A stretch of 63,734 nt of DNA, filler included, from Choristocarpus tenellus KU-1152 (Eukaryota > Protista > Phaeophyceae): NCBI GenBank assembly GCA_964200185.2. It is 10 parts of 10 records of this genome, joined end to end, with 100 filler letters (N's around TTAATTAATTAA, not from the genome) between each part and the next. Parts side by side here need not be neighbours in the genome. Positions count along the whole stretch, not along the records: positions 1 to 8,024 come from CAXNAD020005259.1; positions 8,125 to 15,812 come from CAXNAD020005751.1; 8 more parts are not named here. One strand, given 5' to 3'. A program made the position numbers and the translations under genes. How positions within the stretch are numbered: position 1 is the first letter of the stretch; every line of letters starts with the position of its first letter. The notes under the pieces were generated by a model. That model ran no database searches and had not been told where the DNA came from. It saw only the letters and a list, made by a program, of their open reading frames with translations. Shown here piece after piece: positions 1-12,439 of the stretch.

Positions 1-1471
1 ATCGGCACTTTTTCCGCACCATTTTGGGTCAAACCCATCCTCGATAGTACGCTTCATCCTCAATTTTAAAAATCCCCTGTTATCTGAAGGTGGGCTCTCT
101 TGTCACTAATCACTCACTAAATTGATCTCTATATGCACAGAAGTTACTCACCTATTAATTCTTACAATGATTCCTTTTCTGAACTCTTTATTGAAGTTCG
201 TTAACCCATACTAATCTTCTTTTCTTCAGGGCATACCTTTTCATCTTCAAACTGATTGTTTCTTACATAGTCTACTTCAACACAACAAATAATTGGAAGC
301 ATATCCTTGACACCTTGGTCTCTGATTTCACCAAATCTTGAAACATGCAGTCATATCAGTGGGTTATTAGTCGCCCTCGCCCTCTCTCTTGACCTGTGGA
401 TGAAGGGAGTAATACAAAAACTTCCAGCCTGGACTCACACCCACGATCCCGAATCTTCCCAAATATTGAGGCACAACTATACAACCAGGGCAGATAGTTT
501 TAAATCGATTCAATGTTAGGTGGTATGTATCCTTCACGCAGCACCACCAAAAGGCAGGGAAGTGGTAGGCCCAAAGACCTCCCACAAGGAGAAAGCATCA
601 AAATAATAGAACAGTGAGATGCGACAAGTCGTCCATTCAACCAGCAAGTTGGCTTGTTTGTATAAAATAAATTAATGTCCTGACTTCTTCCATTTGCTAT
701 TGGTCACACTGAGCGAGACTGAGACTAACTAACATACCCACGATTATAATCATAGTGGAACTACTACGAAGTAGTCATGAGTTGTGGTAGTAGGAGTAGC
801 AAATCACTTCAGCCTTGAACATACACAGCGCCCTGCAGTGCAGCTAGTCACACCTGGCTTCGCTAACTCTAGGGAGCTGGATATAAGAATTGGTACAACA
901 ACTAGGACAAAGAACGGAAAGCATCACCAATCGCAGTCAACGTTGTACTTAGTACTGGTACTTTGTTGTCCTACAGCTGATGCGCTTCAGAATACAGTAA
1001 ATAGTAGTCGCTCTATGTATGTGATTACCCCAGTTGACCTTGTAGAGTCTACTATGTAACACACACTGCTAATAATGCTAAGTTCTCGGTGGTTCAAATG
1101 GTTGCATGAGGTAGGTGAGTGAAAGCTCCCATCCCCAAAACTTAAATATAGGGAAAGAAGAGAACATTGAAGTCAACTGTCAAGACCATGATCCCTTCTG
1201 AACGAAGAGTGAGAGCTTGCCACCACCATTCTGCAGGAAGACCTTTTTTTATTGTCCAGCAAATGGCGAAGAGGCCTAATAGAGTGGGGGAAACCAAAAC
1301 AGGTCAATGTATTAGCGTGCAAAGCCCCCCCCAAATTTACCCTCCCAAACACACAAAAAACGCTTTTTTAAATAGTGTACTTCTAGTAGACTATTTCTTG
1401 CAGTGCACTCTCATAAAACTGTTTTCGGCAAATACAATACATGCTTCAGGCTTGCTCCTATCCTGTAGTAT

Positions 1472-4400
1472 TCACTCCTCTCCGCCCACTCCCTTGAGCT
1501 CCTCGTCCTCAACCTTCTTCCTCTCTGCCCACTCCCTTGCTCTGTCCACTAGGGCACTCTCAAACTCTTCTGATTCACGCTCCATTGCCTCCTTATGAGC
1601 ATGTCGTGTTTCACGTGACAAAACTGGGAGTATCAGCATATCCCATGCAGCTACCACCTGCAACATTGACACAGGCATTCCATCAATCATCTCCGCATTG
1701 GGATGGAGATTAGATTCAGAGCCTAGTACTCACATGGGAAGGAGAGGAGGTTATTCTTTCACTTGGATGCCGCTCCAACTCTAGACTTAACTAACAATCA
1801 TTCCCCACAAAATGCAGCCAGCTAGAGGTGCACACCCCAAAAAACAATTCTTGCTCTTGTGAGAACAACAATGAGGGCACTGGGGTATTGCATCAGTATC
1901 AAAACTCAAAACCCTTCTTGTGGCTCCCTAATTTATTGGATACCCCTCTCCCAAATACTACAAAAACTGATAAGAGGTTGACAAGATACGAATCGAGGTG
2001 TTAGCAAGCAAGGAAATACCCTTTCTCCCCCACCCACCCCCCTCCCCCTGCCCCCCACATACACACCTCGTGGCGAGCCAGACCGCCTGCCCTCATCGCC
2101 TGTCTCTCAATTCGCATCATCCCTGCCACACTGGCAGGAGAATCACAACCCTTATACCGCGATGAGAAGTGGGTAAGCACTAACTGTGATGCTCTGCACG
2201 CCAGTGCAAACTCTGTAGCCATGGCTGGAGTACTGTGTCCATGCACTATAGCATCGTTCTCTACATCTGCGTAGGTCTTGCCCTGTTTACCACCAAAGTG
2301 GAGGTCACCACACAGCCACATCGGGGCAAAACTGACTCATCAGTGCATACAGGAGTGTTTTGAACCATGAACATTTAAAAATCGGCTAAGCTCTATCAAT
2401 TGAGAAACAACCAAGGTCGTGACTAAAATAGTTTGGTTGCTCAGTTTGTTTTATGTTTTCTGCAGCACCGAGAACATGAAGTACTCATTTAGCCTTCCCC
2501 ACAGCATCCCCTCTCCCATCTCCCTTCCCCCCTCACCCCTCAACCCCTCTGTCCATAGAAGATACAACATGGAGAAGCACTTGCCTCATCCCTAGGGAGA
2601 ATGTAAGCATTAGTGGACTCGTGGACAATCACATCTGCTTCTTGAGCCAAAGCCAGAATCCTGCTAGCATCACATGTGTCGCCAAGAATCACAATCTGAA
2701 GAAAGAGATGGAACAGGAGGAGCAGCTAAGCGTGGACACGTTGTCACATGCGAACAAATGGAAGGAACTGAAGAACCTGAAGCACAAACTCACAATCAAA
2801 GCAAACACCAACCACACCCTGTGATTTTCACAGCTCTTTCTGCCCCGCAATTCCCCCGCAGCCCCTCTCCCTGCCCCGGCTTCTTTCCTCAGCGACCAGA
2901 GTGAAACTCTGTATTAAAAAAAAAGAAAAAATTAATAATGTACAAAATAGTACTGTGCGCTATGTATAGTTTGAAGCATACCCATGACCAACTAGAAACA
3001 TTTAGCTGGGGGGTGGGGAGGGCACCACAGTACCATTCACGATCCCATTTCACATAGTATGGATTCAACACACCCTACACACATTCCTGTAAAAAAAACA
3101 AAAACATAAAGGTACCACATCACAAAATAAAAATAAAAAAAACACTCCCTGTTGCTTCCCTGATCCACCTACAGAACGACCCAGTCATAAAAATAACTAA
3201 AAAAAAAGCAGCAAAAAGATTCAGAAAATCAATATCCCCCTCCCTCCCACCCAAGAGGCAATTTCTTCAAGCCATGCTCGCCCACCCTTGTACCAAATAC
3301 CCCGTACAACTACCATCAAGTCTGGCAGGTTTGCAATACCCTCAAAACCCTCTGAGAGCATCACTCACCTTCCGACCCTTTTGTCCTGGCATCAAGGCTT
3401 GCTCATAGGTGATTTGCTCATCCGTCCCCGGAATGGTGTACGACCCCCCTGGTTTCATAACCTGTGTAGTAAGCAATAATAATAATAATTTCAACAAACA
3501 CACTCACACACACACACACACACATGATTGAAATCGATCTGGTTTTTCAGCAATTACACCCTCTCCCCCTTACTTTTCCTGCTATCACGAATTTCAGCGG
3601 ACACTACTATTTTTAATCCTCAAGCTATAAAAACTGCTACCGTCAAGGCACCAAGTAAAAGTCCACTCCACTTTTGTTCAATTGAAAAATCTCAATTCCA
3701 ACATATTACCAGAGTCGAAAAAAAAACAAAAACACGTCTGTTCTCTAGCATCCCCAACTTATTAGCATCAAGAAGCAGAGTATAGAAAGGCTTAAATCTG
3801 AACCACGTTCCTTTCTTCGAATTTTACGGATTTTCCAAGATTTCTGAACCTCCTACTCCTAGTATCAACATGCTGAAACTATGCACTACATACAAAACTA
3901 TTCAAAAAGACTCTCCTCAAAATAGCTAGTACCAACATGCTGGATATATACACTACATATAAAACTATTCAAAAATACTCTCTCCTCAAAACAGCCAGTC
4001 CAACAAGCTCTGGAGTATTGTCCCTGCCAACAATCCTAGGTAATGGACTTGTACTAGTGGACATAGTTGCCAGGAGACAAAGGCACCATGTTGATGGTGA
4101 CCATAGCAGTCTCAGGATGATTTTGTTGTTGGTAGCTCCAGTCTCAGGTGGTGCAACCCATAGGCGATACTGGAGGAGATTAGGCACTTCCTAAAGCGGA
4201 AGTGTCGATATTGTGGCCGCAGGGAGGGAGGGAGGGAGGTGCTGAAGCAACTCTGGGTGGAATCAACCCCCAAAAAGCCTTCATCGGTCTAACGTAAATG
4301 TAGGACACCACTAAAACAAATATCTTTAGCATTGCACAGCATAGAGCTCAACTCCTACTGGTCAGCAGGGTGAACCAAACACCTTCATATCGGTATTGAC

Positions 4401-7400
4401 CAATGGTGTCCTCCAAGTATCATCTGATAAGAAGACCTACTAATAACAAAAATATACCTGCAGCTACCGTGAGGTGAGAAGCAAAGCCCAGTGGATGGTC
4501 GTAGCTATCTCCAGACCCCCCCNNNNNNNNNNGGGAGAAAAAAAGCCCCGGGGGGGGTCTTCGCCTCCTCCAAACCCCCCCCCCCCCCCCTTCCTCAGAA
4601 CCCTTTGATTTGAGATTTGAAAGCTACACTTCGGTTCACTTTGCATAAATACATACACAGATAACGATATAGATACAGACATGCATGGTGTTGCATTCTC
4701 CTGGTCCTCAAACCCTTGGTAGACACGGCTAAGACCTTCGTCTCGCAACCACCTACTTATCAACCCGCCAGCCACTGGAAGCAAGCCTTCAAGCCTGGAA
4801 CATCCAACTACACTTCGTTGTCCTGTGTCATTAATCCCAGTCCACTGCTGAAACACCCTTCATCAAGTGTGTACGAACTCCAGTCTCTTCATGGACCATT
4901 CGAGGTATACCTGCGTGCTGCAGTAACCCAATAGAATCACGCAAACGGTTCAGGCGGAAACCCTGCAGGAGAGCATCCGATACTGCTCTTAAGGATTTTG
5001 TTCTGGTCCTTTCCCCTCCCCTTCGGAAAGTACCAACAACAAACATACACCAGCGAGAGGCATGTTGGTAGAATCATCGCTTGCGCTCTACTACCAAGAG
5101 ACAGACAGTGGTGCACACGCAGCGTATCAATGGCATTGATCCAAAGACATAATCAATCACACACACAAACACACTAATGCGCAGCTACGCCGCCGGGGTG
5201 GTTTGAAACACCAGCAATACTCGCCTTGAGATCGCCAAACACGCGACGAGGGTCCTTGATGCCGGTGGAAATGATAGCCTCCCTGTGTTTATCCAGAATG
5301 GGTTTCAACTCCGCCTGCTTCAGTCTGTTGATATCGATCGTTAAGTAGCAAGATTGAATAGAGGCGGACATACAAGCGGGGGCAGGATAAGAAGCCGGTA
5401 CTTATTCAATAGGGATTTCGACTGTTGGACAATAATGTGGGGTTGGGCAAGACGGTCAAGGCGGGGTTCTCAATAGGAGGATACACAGCATGTAGTAGGT
5501 AGTTTTGGAGGTGGACTGGCAACGGAAGGAGAGGTGTGCACTTCCCCAGAAAGGTCAACAGGACAGATACCTGCACAAGACCATCCCTAGTTAAGGGACT
5601 CAACACCTGCCCCACACCAATCAACACCCGAGAGTATCTTCTGAAATACAGTTTGAAAATGCAGCACAATAACAACCAAGTTCTACAAACTGCCCTACCA
5701 GTGTCAAACCACACAAGGGATGACGGGTGGGTTGGTGATGGTGGGGAGGAGAACGGGCCTCACCTTCCAGGCTTGGGCACCTCCTCCACTACATAACCAA
5801 CACAGGGTACAGTATGCTTCATGGGCGCTGCTGTAACGGTGACCTTATCCGTTTTGCAGCAAAGAAAGTGCCCATTGGCATCAGGGTAAATGTCGCGGCC
5901 TCCTGGCTGCTCTCCATACCTAACCCCCTCCACCCCCCCCAGACCAGTCACACGACAGTGGGTGCACCAGCAGATAACAGTAAGGGTCAGGGAGTATCCA
6001 CAGGAGAGCACAGTGGGGTCAAGAACAAGGCTGGACGAGGACTAGCTAAAGGAAAACTAGTGCAAGACTGGACAGCAAGCATGCTGCGATAATGTCCACA
6101 TTTGGCTACAAGTCTGAGAGAGGCTCAACGACCGTGCCCATCAGTCAGTGTTGGCAAAGGGTTGCGTAAGAACAGTAAGGCGTAGAGCATTGCAGAGGAG
6201 CCGAATTTTGCAAGTAGATTTTCTATGTATCAAAGTATAGATCAAATACACACACCGAGGTGTTGTGGACTCAAACTCTAATCGAAAGGATGAGATGACT
6301 AGAATTACCTTAGTGCACATCGAGAGCAATAAGTATCAGGGACAAAGGGGGGCAAGTGGGGCACACGACAAAATGCTTGCCACTACCTCCTTCAACAAAC
6401 CATGGGGACAAGGGGTTAGTTGCCTATAGGCTCGTCAAGCAAAGCAGGCGGCGGGCCACACATCTTGAAAAAAAAAAAAAAAAAAGCGCAGCAGCAGGGA
6501 CAGGCGGGGGGCCACCAAAAAAGGAAACAGAGCAAATTGCGTCCCCACCACCCGGGTTGGGGGGGTGGTGCCAACAATAAAAGCAACAAGAGCGAAATGC
6601 GTACCCAACACAGGGGTTTGGACAGGTTGGAAGCAGGGTGCTGCACTAAACGTGGAGCTGAACTATTTCACATCCTCACATTCGATTGGGTGGCAGATGG
6701 AAGTCAAAGTCCCTCCGGGGCAGCTTCACCTCGTGATGGATGTAAGGGACATCCATCAGCTCGTGAACCACATACGGAACCGTAATCCTGGAGTAAGTAT
6801 AGCGCATGGCTGCACGCACGAATAGGCGAAGGCCCTGACAGTGCATGGGGCGAGGGGGCGCGGTGTTACCGGGCAATCTTTGTTATCTTTGTTACCGGGA
6901 TGAGGGGTAATAATTACCGTCGCGGAACTCTTCTCCACCGGGTGACAATGATCACAATGAGATCGATCTGAGGTCACATGATACCCGACATGATCGGGGC
7001 TGTGCGATCACACGCCTGGGTTCCGGTGCCCCAGCAACAAGTACACTGTGATGCTTTGTACTCCAACATTCATGTCTACAAGGTGAAGCACAAAAGTACT
7101 GCAATATGCAAGAGCTACAAAGGGAGGACGGAAATGTCCAGGGGTTGCAGGAGGTGAGATAAGGAGGCGATTGAGCAGGACAACGACAAAGCGGTGGGGG
7201 CAGTGGAGGGAGGAGGGACTAAAATGGGCAAGGGCAGTCTGAGGCAACGTGGAACAGTGAATCCAAGTGGGAGGCAAGGGGTGGGGAGGGATACTCGGTG
7301 ATGTTCTCGGAGCTGAACATCATAGCAATAGCAAAAGGTGTCTTCACCATTGCAGACACTGCCAAGCCCATCGATGGACAAGATGAAGTTGTGATAAAAG

Positions 7401-7813
7401 CGGGAACTGGGGGACTCAGCTACATTATATACACCTACAGGTTTTTGAGTATTTACATATCAAAAGAGGGGTGTATGTCTGGTAGTAGCTTAGCCTCCTT
7501 TGGTATGTGATGCAGAAACTGGACTACTTACACTAGACCATTGCAGTCACCATGCTCGCTGGCACAGTGCAGGGGAACCCAGACCCATCTGGAATCACAC
7601 ATGCACGTACACAACGACACAAACAGATTGGAAAAAAGCATCGCCGTATCAACTCACTGCTGGGCCATATATCTCCAGGTGCATGCCCTGATCCCTCACG
7701 TAGTCCTGACCCATGAAGCACAGCAGACCAGGGAGGCCAAAGCTATGATCTCCATGGGCATGGGAGATGAATATCTTGGTCACCTTCGTAGGCTTTATCG
7801 TACTCTTTTGCAT
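1472..7813 (-). CDS. rnz: Short-form RNase Z (tRNase Z, metallo-beta-lactamase fold), 5'-partial, 8 exons
   Basis: Phase-consistent exons 7813-7658, 6834-6680, 5919-5764, 5324-5225, 3461-3369, 2695-2585, 2282-2067, 1657-1472 (stop). The spliced product carries the motifs FISHAHGDH (HxHxDH), [25 protein letters not shown] and [10 protein letters not shown] in canonical order. The N-terminal exons lie beyond the contig end. Confidence 0.93.
3859..3998 (+). repeat. Two-copy tandem duplication (~67-bp unit) in an RNase Z intron
   Basis: CTAGTAYCAACATGCTG...ACTACATAYAAAACTATTCAAAAA..CTCTCCTCAAAA occurs twice in a row. Confidence 0.8.
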
Positions 7814-7938
7814 CTGGAGGTTACACCATATCGTGATGTTGAGCAGTGGAACCAAAAAGGGGGGCAGAGGGAGGCGCAACGGTAAAAAAATATTCAGAGT
7901 CACAACGACGTTTTCGTTGGGTTTTTCTATTTTTCTCA

Positions 7939-8024
7939 GGGTCAAAGTATCTGGGGAGGGGGGGGGGGGGGGGGGGGGGGGGGGCCGGTTTTTTTTTGTT
8001 TTTTTTTTTTTTTTTTTTTTTGGG
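7939..8024 (+). mobile_element. MITE family B (GGGTCAAAGTATCTGGGG terminus), truncated by the contig end
   Basis: The same terminus and body are seen at 8125-8174, ~19005-19137, 23142-23177, ~34527-34655, 40226-40384, 57468-57504 and 60849-60920. Confidence 0.75.
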
Positions 8025-8124
8025 NNNNNNNNNNNNNNNNNNNNNNNNNNNNNNNNNNNNNNNNNNNNTTAATTAATTAANNNNNNNNNNNNNNNNNNNN
8101 NNNNNNNNNNNNNNNNNNNNNNNN
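8025..8124. other. Artificial contig linker (Ns flanking TTAATTAATTAA)
   Basis: Identical 100-bp linkers at 8025, 15813, 18844, 23042, 26407, 30811, 40126, 57368 and 60921. The 12-mer places stop codons in all six frames. Confidence 0.99.
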
Positions 8125-9127
8125 AAAGGGTGAAATACGGACGCCGACACCCCCCCCCCCAGATACTTTGATCCAATACGTACCACATATTGCTTTGGAG
8201 TAGATAATATCTGCTTTTGTGAAATGAAAGAAGGGCGAACCAGTAAATTGACAGTAGACAAGGCATAGCAGCAGGGGTGGCTGGTGTGTGAGGGTGGAGA
8301 TAGTATCGGTGAACTATTGTTGAATGACTGGCATGTCGTAGGATAACTGGATATAATGTGTAAGATGTGTAAAAAGGCGGTCGGTGCTTGGAGGCAAAAG
8401 TGCACGAAGAAATGTTTGTGCTTGGTTGTATGTGTGCAGTGCGTTAGCCTTAACTAGTTTTCTATGTTTGGTTTTAGCCACCACCAGTTGGTCCACAGTT
8501 ATGCACCTCTGACTCCGTAAAATATATAGAGATAAAACCGTTTCGGAGTATGTCCCATAGTTTTCGATGGCATTGCCTCAACAGAGGAAAAAGGGAAATC
8601 GTATTAGGTTACTCCAATGATCTGTATGTCACAAAGGACAAGGAAGAGCAGTTCAACCAGTCTTCTACAACTGCTGCATTCTCACATATCCAAAGATATG
8701 TTGGTAGACAATCTTCCTTCATATTTTCTTGTGCACCTCAGCTCTCGAGTATGAGAAGTGTAGGGGTTCCAACGACAAAGACTTTCCCAATGAATCAAGT
8801 CAGACAAAGACATCCCCCCAAAATAAAAATAGTGAACTATTTAAGACCAAGTGTTGTATGGGCGTGCAACGTAGAGCAGGATTATAGGGGGTAACAAACA
8901 ACAACAAAATATGTTTAAATATTGGTATGTTAGTTGTATTCCCCTTTGCAGATAGTTGTTGTGAAAAGGGAGAAAGAAACATGTTTCGAAGGATAATTAG
9001 AGCAGAACATCAACAACAGAGTCAAACCAACTGTGAGGTAGGTAAGGTTGCGCATTTGAAGGCAAAAATGTGTCATTTTGTACACTTGCAGCGAAACAGC
9101 CTTTCTTTGCTGAATTGAGGTGTCACT

Positions 9128-10642
9128 TGTTCGTGGATAGTGGTGCTGATACACCATGGACACCACCAGTTGAGTAGATAATAGAATGGAGAGTCAGTGA
9201 TAGATGTACCGTATGTATTGACTCAGTAGTGTCCACTAATTTGCGTCATGTTCTAAATACGCTTGCTATACTGAAGATAAGTAAGTGATTCATAGTAGTT
9301 AGTGCGAACGATTGCAAACCCCACACTATATAGGAATAGTAATGGGTGCCACCAGCTTGTGTCACTAACACTATATATTCACACCAAGTTACTTATTATC
9401 CTCTACCAATGCACACAATTGATCATCCTTAACTGCAGGCCCAGTGTGGAATATTTCAACACGAGGCTACAATAGGACAGTAGTATGACTAGCACCTGTA
9501 TTCCAGTGACTTGTAGTAGTGATGTACTAACATTCTCAGGTACTTTCTCTTGGAGGTCCTTAGCAATATTTTATGTTGCATCTACCACAATCCACAAAAT
9601 CTCCTAGTACATCACTACTACAAGTCACTGGAATACATATGTTAGTGGGGCTGTTACTTCCTACCTATTATCCTATCACAATTTCTACGAACACATTCTT
9701 AGGTACTTTCTCCTGCAGGTCCTTAGAGCAATACCATACTGCATCTCCCGCAGTCCACAATATATCTCTAGTGCAACACGCCTAAAGTGAATCTTTGGAA
9801 AAGAACAGCACTAGTTAATTGACTCCCTTCTTACAACTGGTATACCATATACTTGAAACTCTCCCTGGCTTCAATAGCTCTTCTATAAGAAGCCAGTCTG
9901 CACACAAAATCCCAGCTGTTACTTGACTCCTGTGGGTATGCACTAAAATACACAAGACATATATATAGGGAACAAACTCACATTAAAGAAGTCGAAAGAA
10001 CAACAAACACGAGGAAAGACAGTCACAGGGGGAAATTTTCCATATCACCAAAGTAAGAGCGCAAGGTTGCAGCTACGAACACTTCAGATGACCTAAGCAT
10101 GGACCGCAAAACCGAAGAAACCCTCTCCCTACTTCCCAGCCAACGTGGGGAGGTTTGTGATCTTGGTGGTGGTGCTACTAGACATCTTGTGCACTGGTGC
10201 TACTCACCACCAGCCTTGTCGCTCAGCACAACGTCTCAGGAACAATGGGTTCGCTATACCGTGTTGAAATATTCCACACTGGACCTGTGGTTAAGAGGAT
10301 CCATCGTGTGCATTGGTAGAGGACGATAAGTAGCTTGGTTGGCATGAATACATATTATTAGTGTTACAAGGGCCTTCTGGTCTCAATTCCACTGAGTTTG
10401 TGAGGCTCTCAACTGGTGGCACTCATTACTAGTGTCTTGCAGTGTGGGGTTTGCAATCGTTCAAACTAATTTACCATGAATCACTTATTTACTTGTCTTC
10501 AGTATGGCAAGCGTATCTAGAACATGAAACAAATTAGTGGACACTACTAAGTCAATATATAATATATCTATCACTCTTCTCCATCCTATTATCTACTCCA
10601 CTGGTGGTGTCCATAGTGTATCAACAGGACTATCCATGAACA
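9128..10642. mobile_element. 1.5-kb element with ~335/380-bp inverted arms and a 5-bp TSD (TCACT)
   Basis: 9128-9463 is the diverged reverse complement of 10260-10642. Termini are TGTTC...GAACA. TCACT sits directly outside both ends (9123-9127 and 10643-10647). Confidence 0.8.
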
Positions 10643-10988
10643 TCACTTTGTATGTATGTGGAAAAGCCGAGGGAAAGTTTATGAAGTAATCTGAGTTTTG
10701 TGGACGGAAGAATTCTGGTTGGTCGGGGGGACAGGATAGGGAAGGGGCAAAGAGAAGAATAAGAAGTAAGCAGGAAGGGAACGAATAGCTAAGGATTGAC
10801 TCGCTAAGAGAGGGAGGAGAGAAGTTAGAGAAACGAGTGGTAGGTGGAAGGGGAGGGGAGAAAGGAATGGTCAGAATTGAAAAGATTGCCGAGGGCTAAG
10901 GGTACAAGACGAGGAGGGCGAGAACAAGACAACCGCCGAGCAAGCTTACCTGCCCACCCGCCCTGTCGCTTAGGAGACCTTTAAAATT

Positions 10989-11251
10989 GAGTGAAAGTAT
11001 CTTAGAGGGTACGAGTTTTGCCCTGTTTGTCCATTTGGAGCTTGGCTTCCCATGGGTTCATTTATGATATTTTCCTGCTCCAAAGTTTTTAGGAGTAGGT
11101 AAAGTATATATTTTATGAAAGGGTGTGTCCGGAGCATGGATATAGATACTTCCTAACAAATAAGACAATAGATAAAAATTGCATCAAAATCGCAACGTTG
11201 GATATTGGCCCCCAAATGGACGCGGGTCTACCCTCTAAGATACTTTGGCTC
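10989..11251 (+). mobile_element. MITE family A (~260 bp, Sola-like), TSD AATT
   Basis: TIRs GAGTGAAAGTATCTTAGAGGGTA / TACCCTCTAAGATACTTTGGCTC, with AATT on both sides. Confidence 0.9.
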
Positions 11252-11663
11252 AATTGTTCAAAACAGCAGTGCGTATGAGGTACTCTTTGGAGATATGTTG
11301 TCGAGTCGTAGTCAGGTTAAATCATGTCACCGGCCCCATCCCTCTTCGGTTCCTGTAGAAAAATTATTTTTGTTCCTCATCACATCACCATCGTTGGCCC
11401 TGTAACATGTGCAAATACACAACACAAACTTATGCATACATATATTATCTCGCATCTCATCCGTTCAGTGGGGGCAGAAAACCGAGTTTGACTCCTGCAG
11501 TGGAATGCCCTCTTTCCCTCCCATATGTACACTTACATTTTCTGTGACCGTAGGATGTAGACAGGCAAATACTACGTATTTTTGCTTGTGGAGAATTCCA
11601 CTGTCTCTGTGACACCAATTATTTCTATGGATAGGAGACTAGGTGCCTACATTTAACAGCCGA

Positions 11664-11783
11664 TTTCAAAAATTGAGGATGGAGCTTTTCATTGAGGATG
11701 GGCTTGACCCAAAATTGACTGGGATAAAGTGTAGATATGTTTTTTTTTGTATACAAAAAAGCTCCATCCTCAATTTTTGAAAT
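11664..11783. repeat. Short inverted-repeat element, related copy at 22-73
   Basis: TTCAAAAATTGAGGATGGAGCTTTT ... AAAAGCTCCATCCTCAATTTTTGAA. Positions 22-73 resemble the reverse complement of its left half. Confidence 0.6.
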
Positions 11784-12439
11784 CGACTGTTATTTGGACG
11801 CGTATAATCTGTTCTTTTGTTGCAAGTAAGTTCGTCATGTAATTCTACCATTTACTCCTGAGTACACTATTATTGCAAGATCATTATTTATTGCTAGTCC
11901 ACAGTATATGGTTAAATGTATGGACCTTCCAGTTCCACTATAGATATGAAGCTCCACTCTCGTTCATCACTACACTGCATCAGAATTTGCAAATGGGAAC
12001 GCACCGATTTCGCACTGCCCTAAAAAGATACCCTTAAGAAGACTGAGTGGAGGTTATTGAGGCGATGGTGCAAAATATAGAATCCTATGCGCAGTTGGAT
12101 GCTTCTATGGGTTAAGAGCAACTTTTGAGAAGGTGTTGAAATGTTTGGGGAGCTTGTAGATGGAGAAGAGAATGAGTGGAGAGGAGAAGAACTGACTTGT
12201 GCCTGCAATTAAACCTAGATAATTTGGGATTGCAGTTGAGGGATGGAGTACAAGGGCAACCAACCAACACACCAAGGTGTTGTTAGAACTTTTAGTAACG
12301 TTGCAATCATTTCTCAACGCTTTGTCAGCAGATCTACACACCTATCTCCAGAATTACACAAACACACACATGGACGAACATGCTGCTACAATGCTTTATG
12401 GTTTTAATCCCGCTATGTCCTCCGTATCTCATTTGCAAT

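Noticed and set aside
8069-8080. Recurrent TTAATTAATTAA motif (contains a PacI site)
   Set aside because: It is always centred in N runs, so it is an assembly linker.
8190-9000. Harbinger/ISL2EU-like transposase relic (CYALSTVNLLVRPS...)
   Set aside because: The resemblance is too weak and the catalytic Asp is absent, so it cannot be supported without a search.
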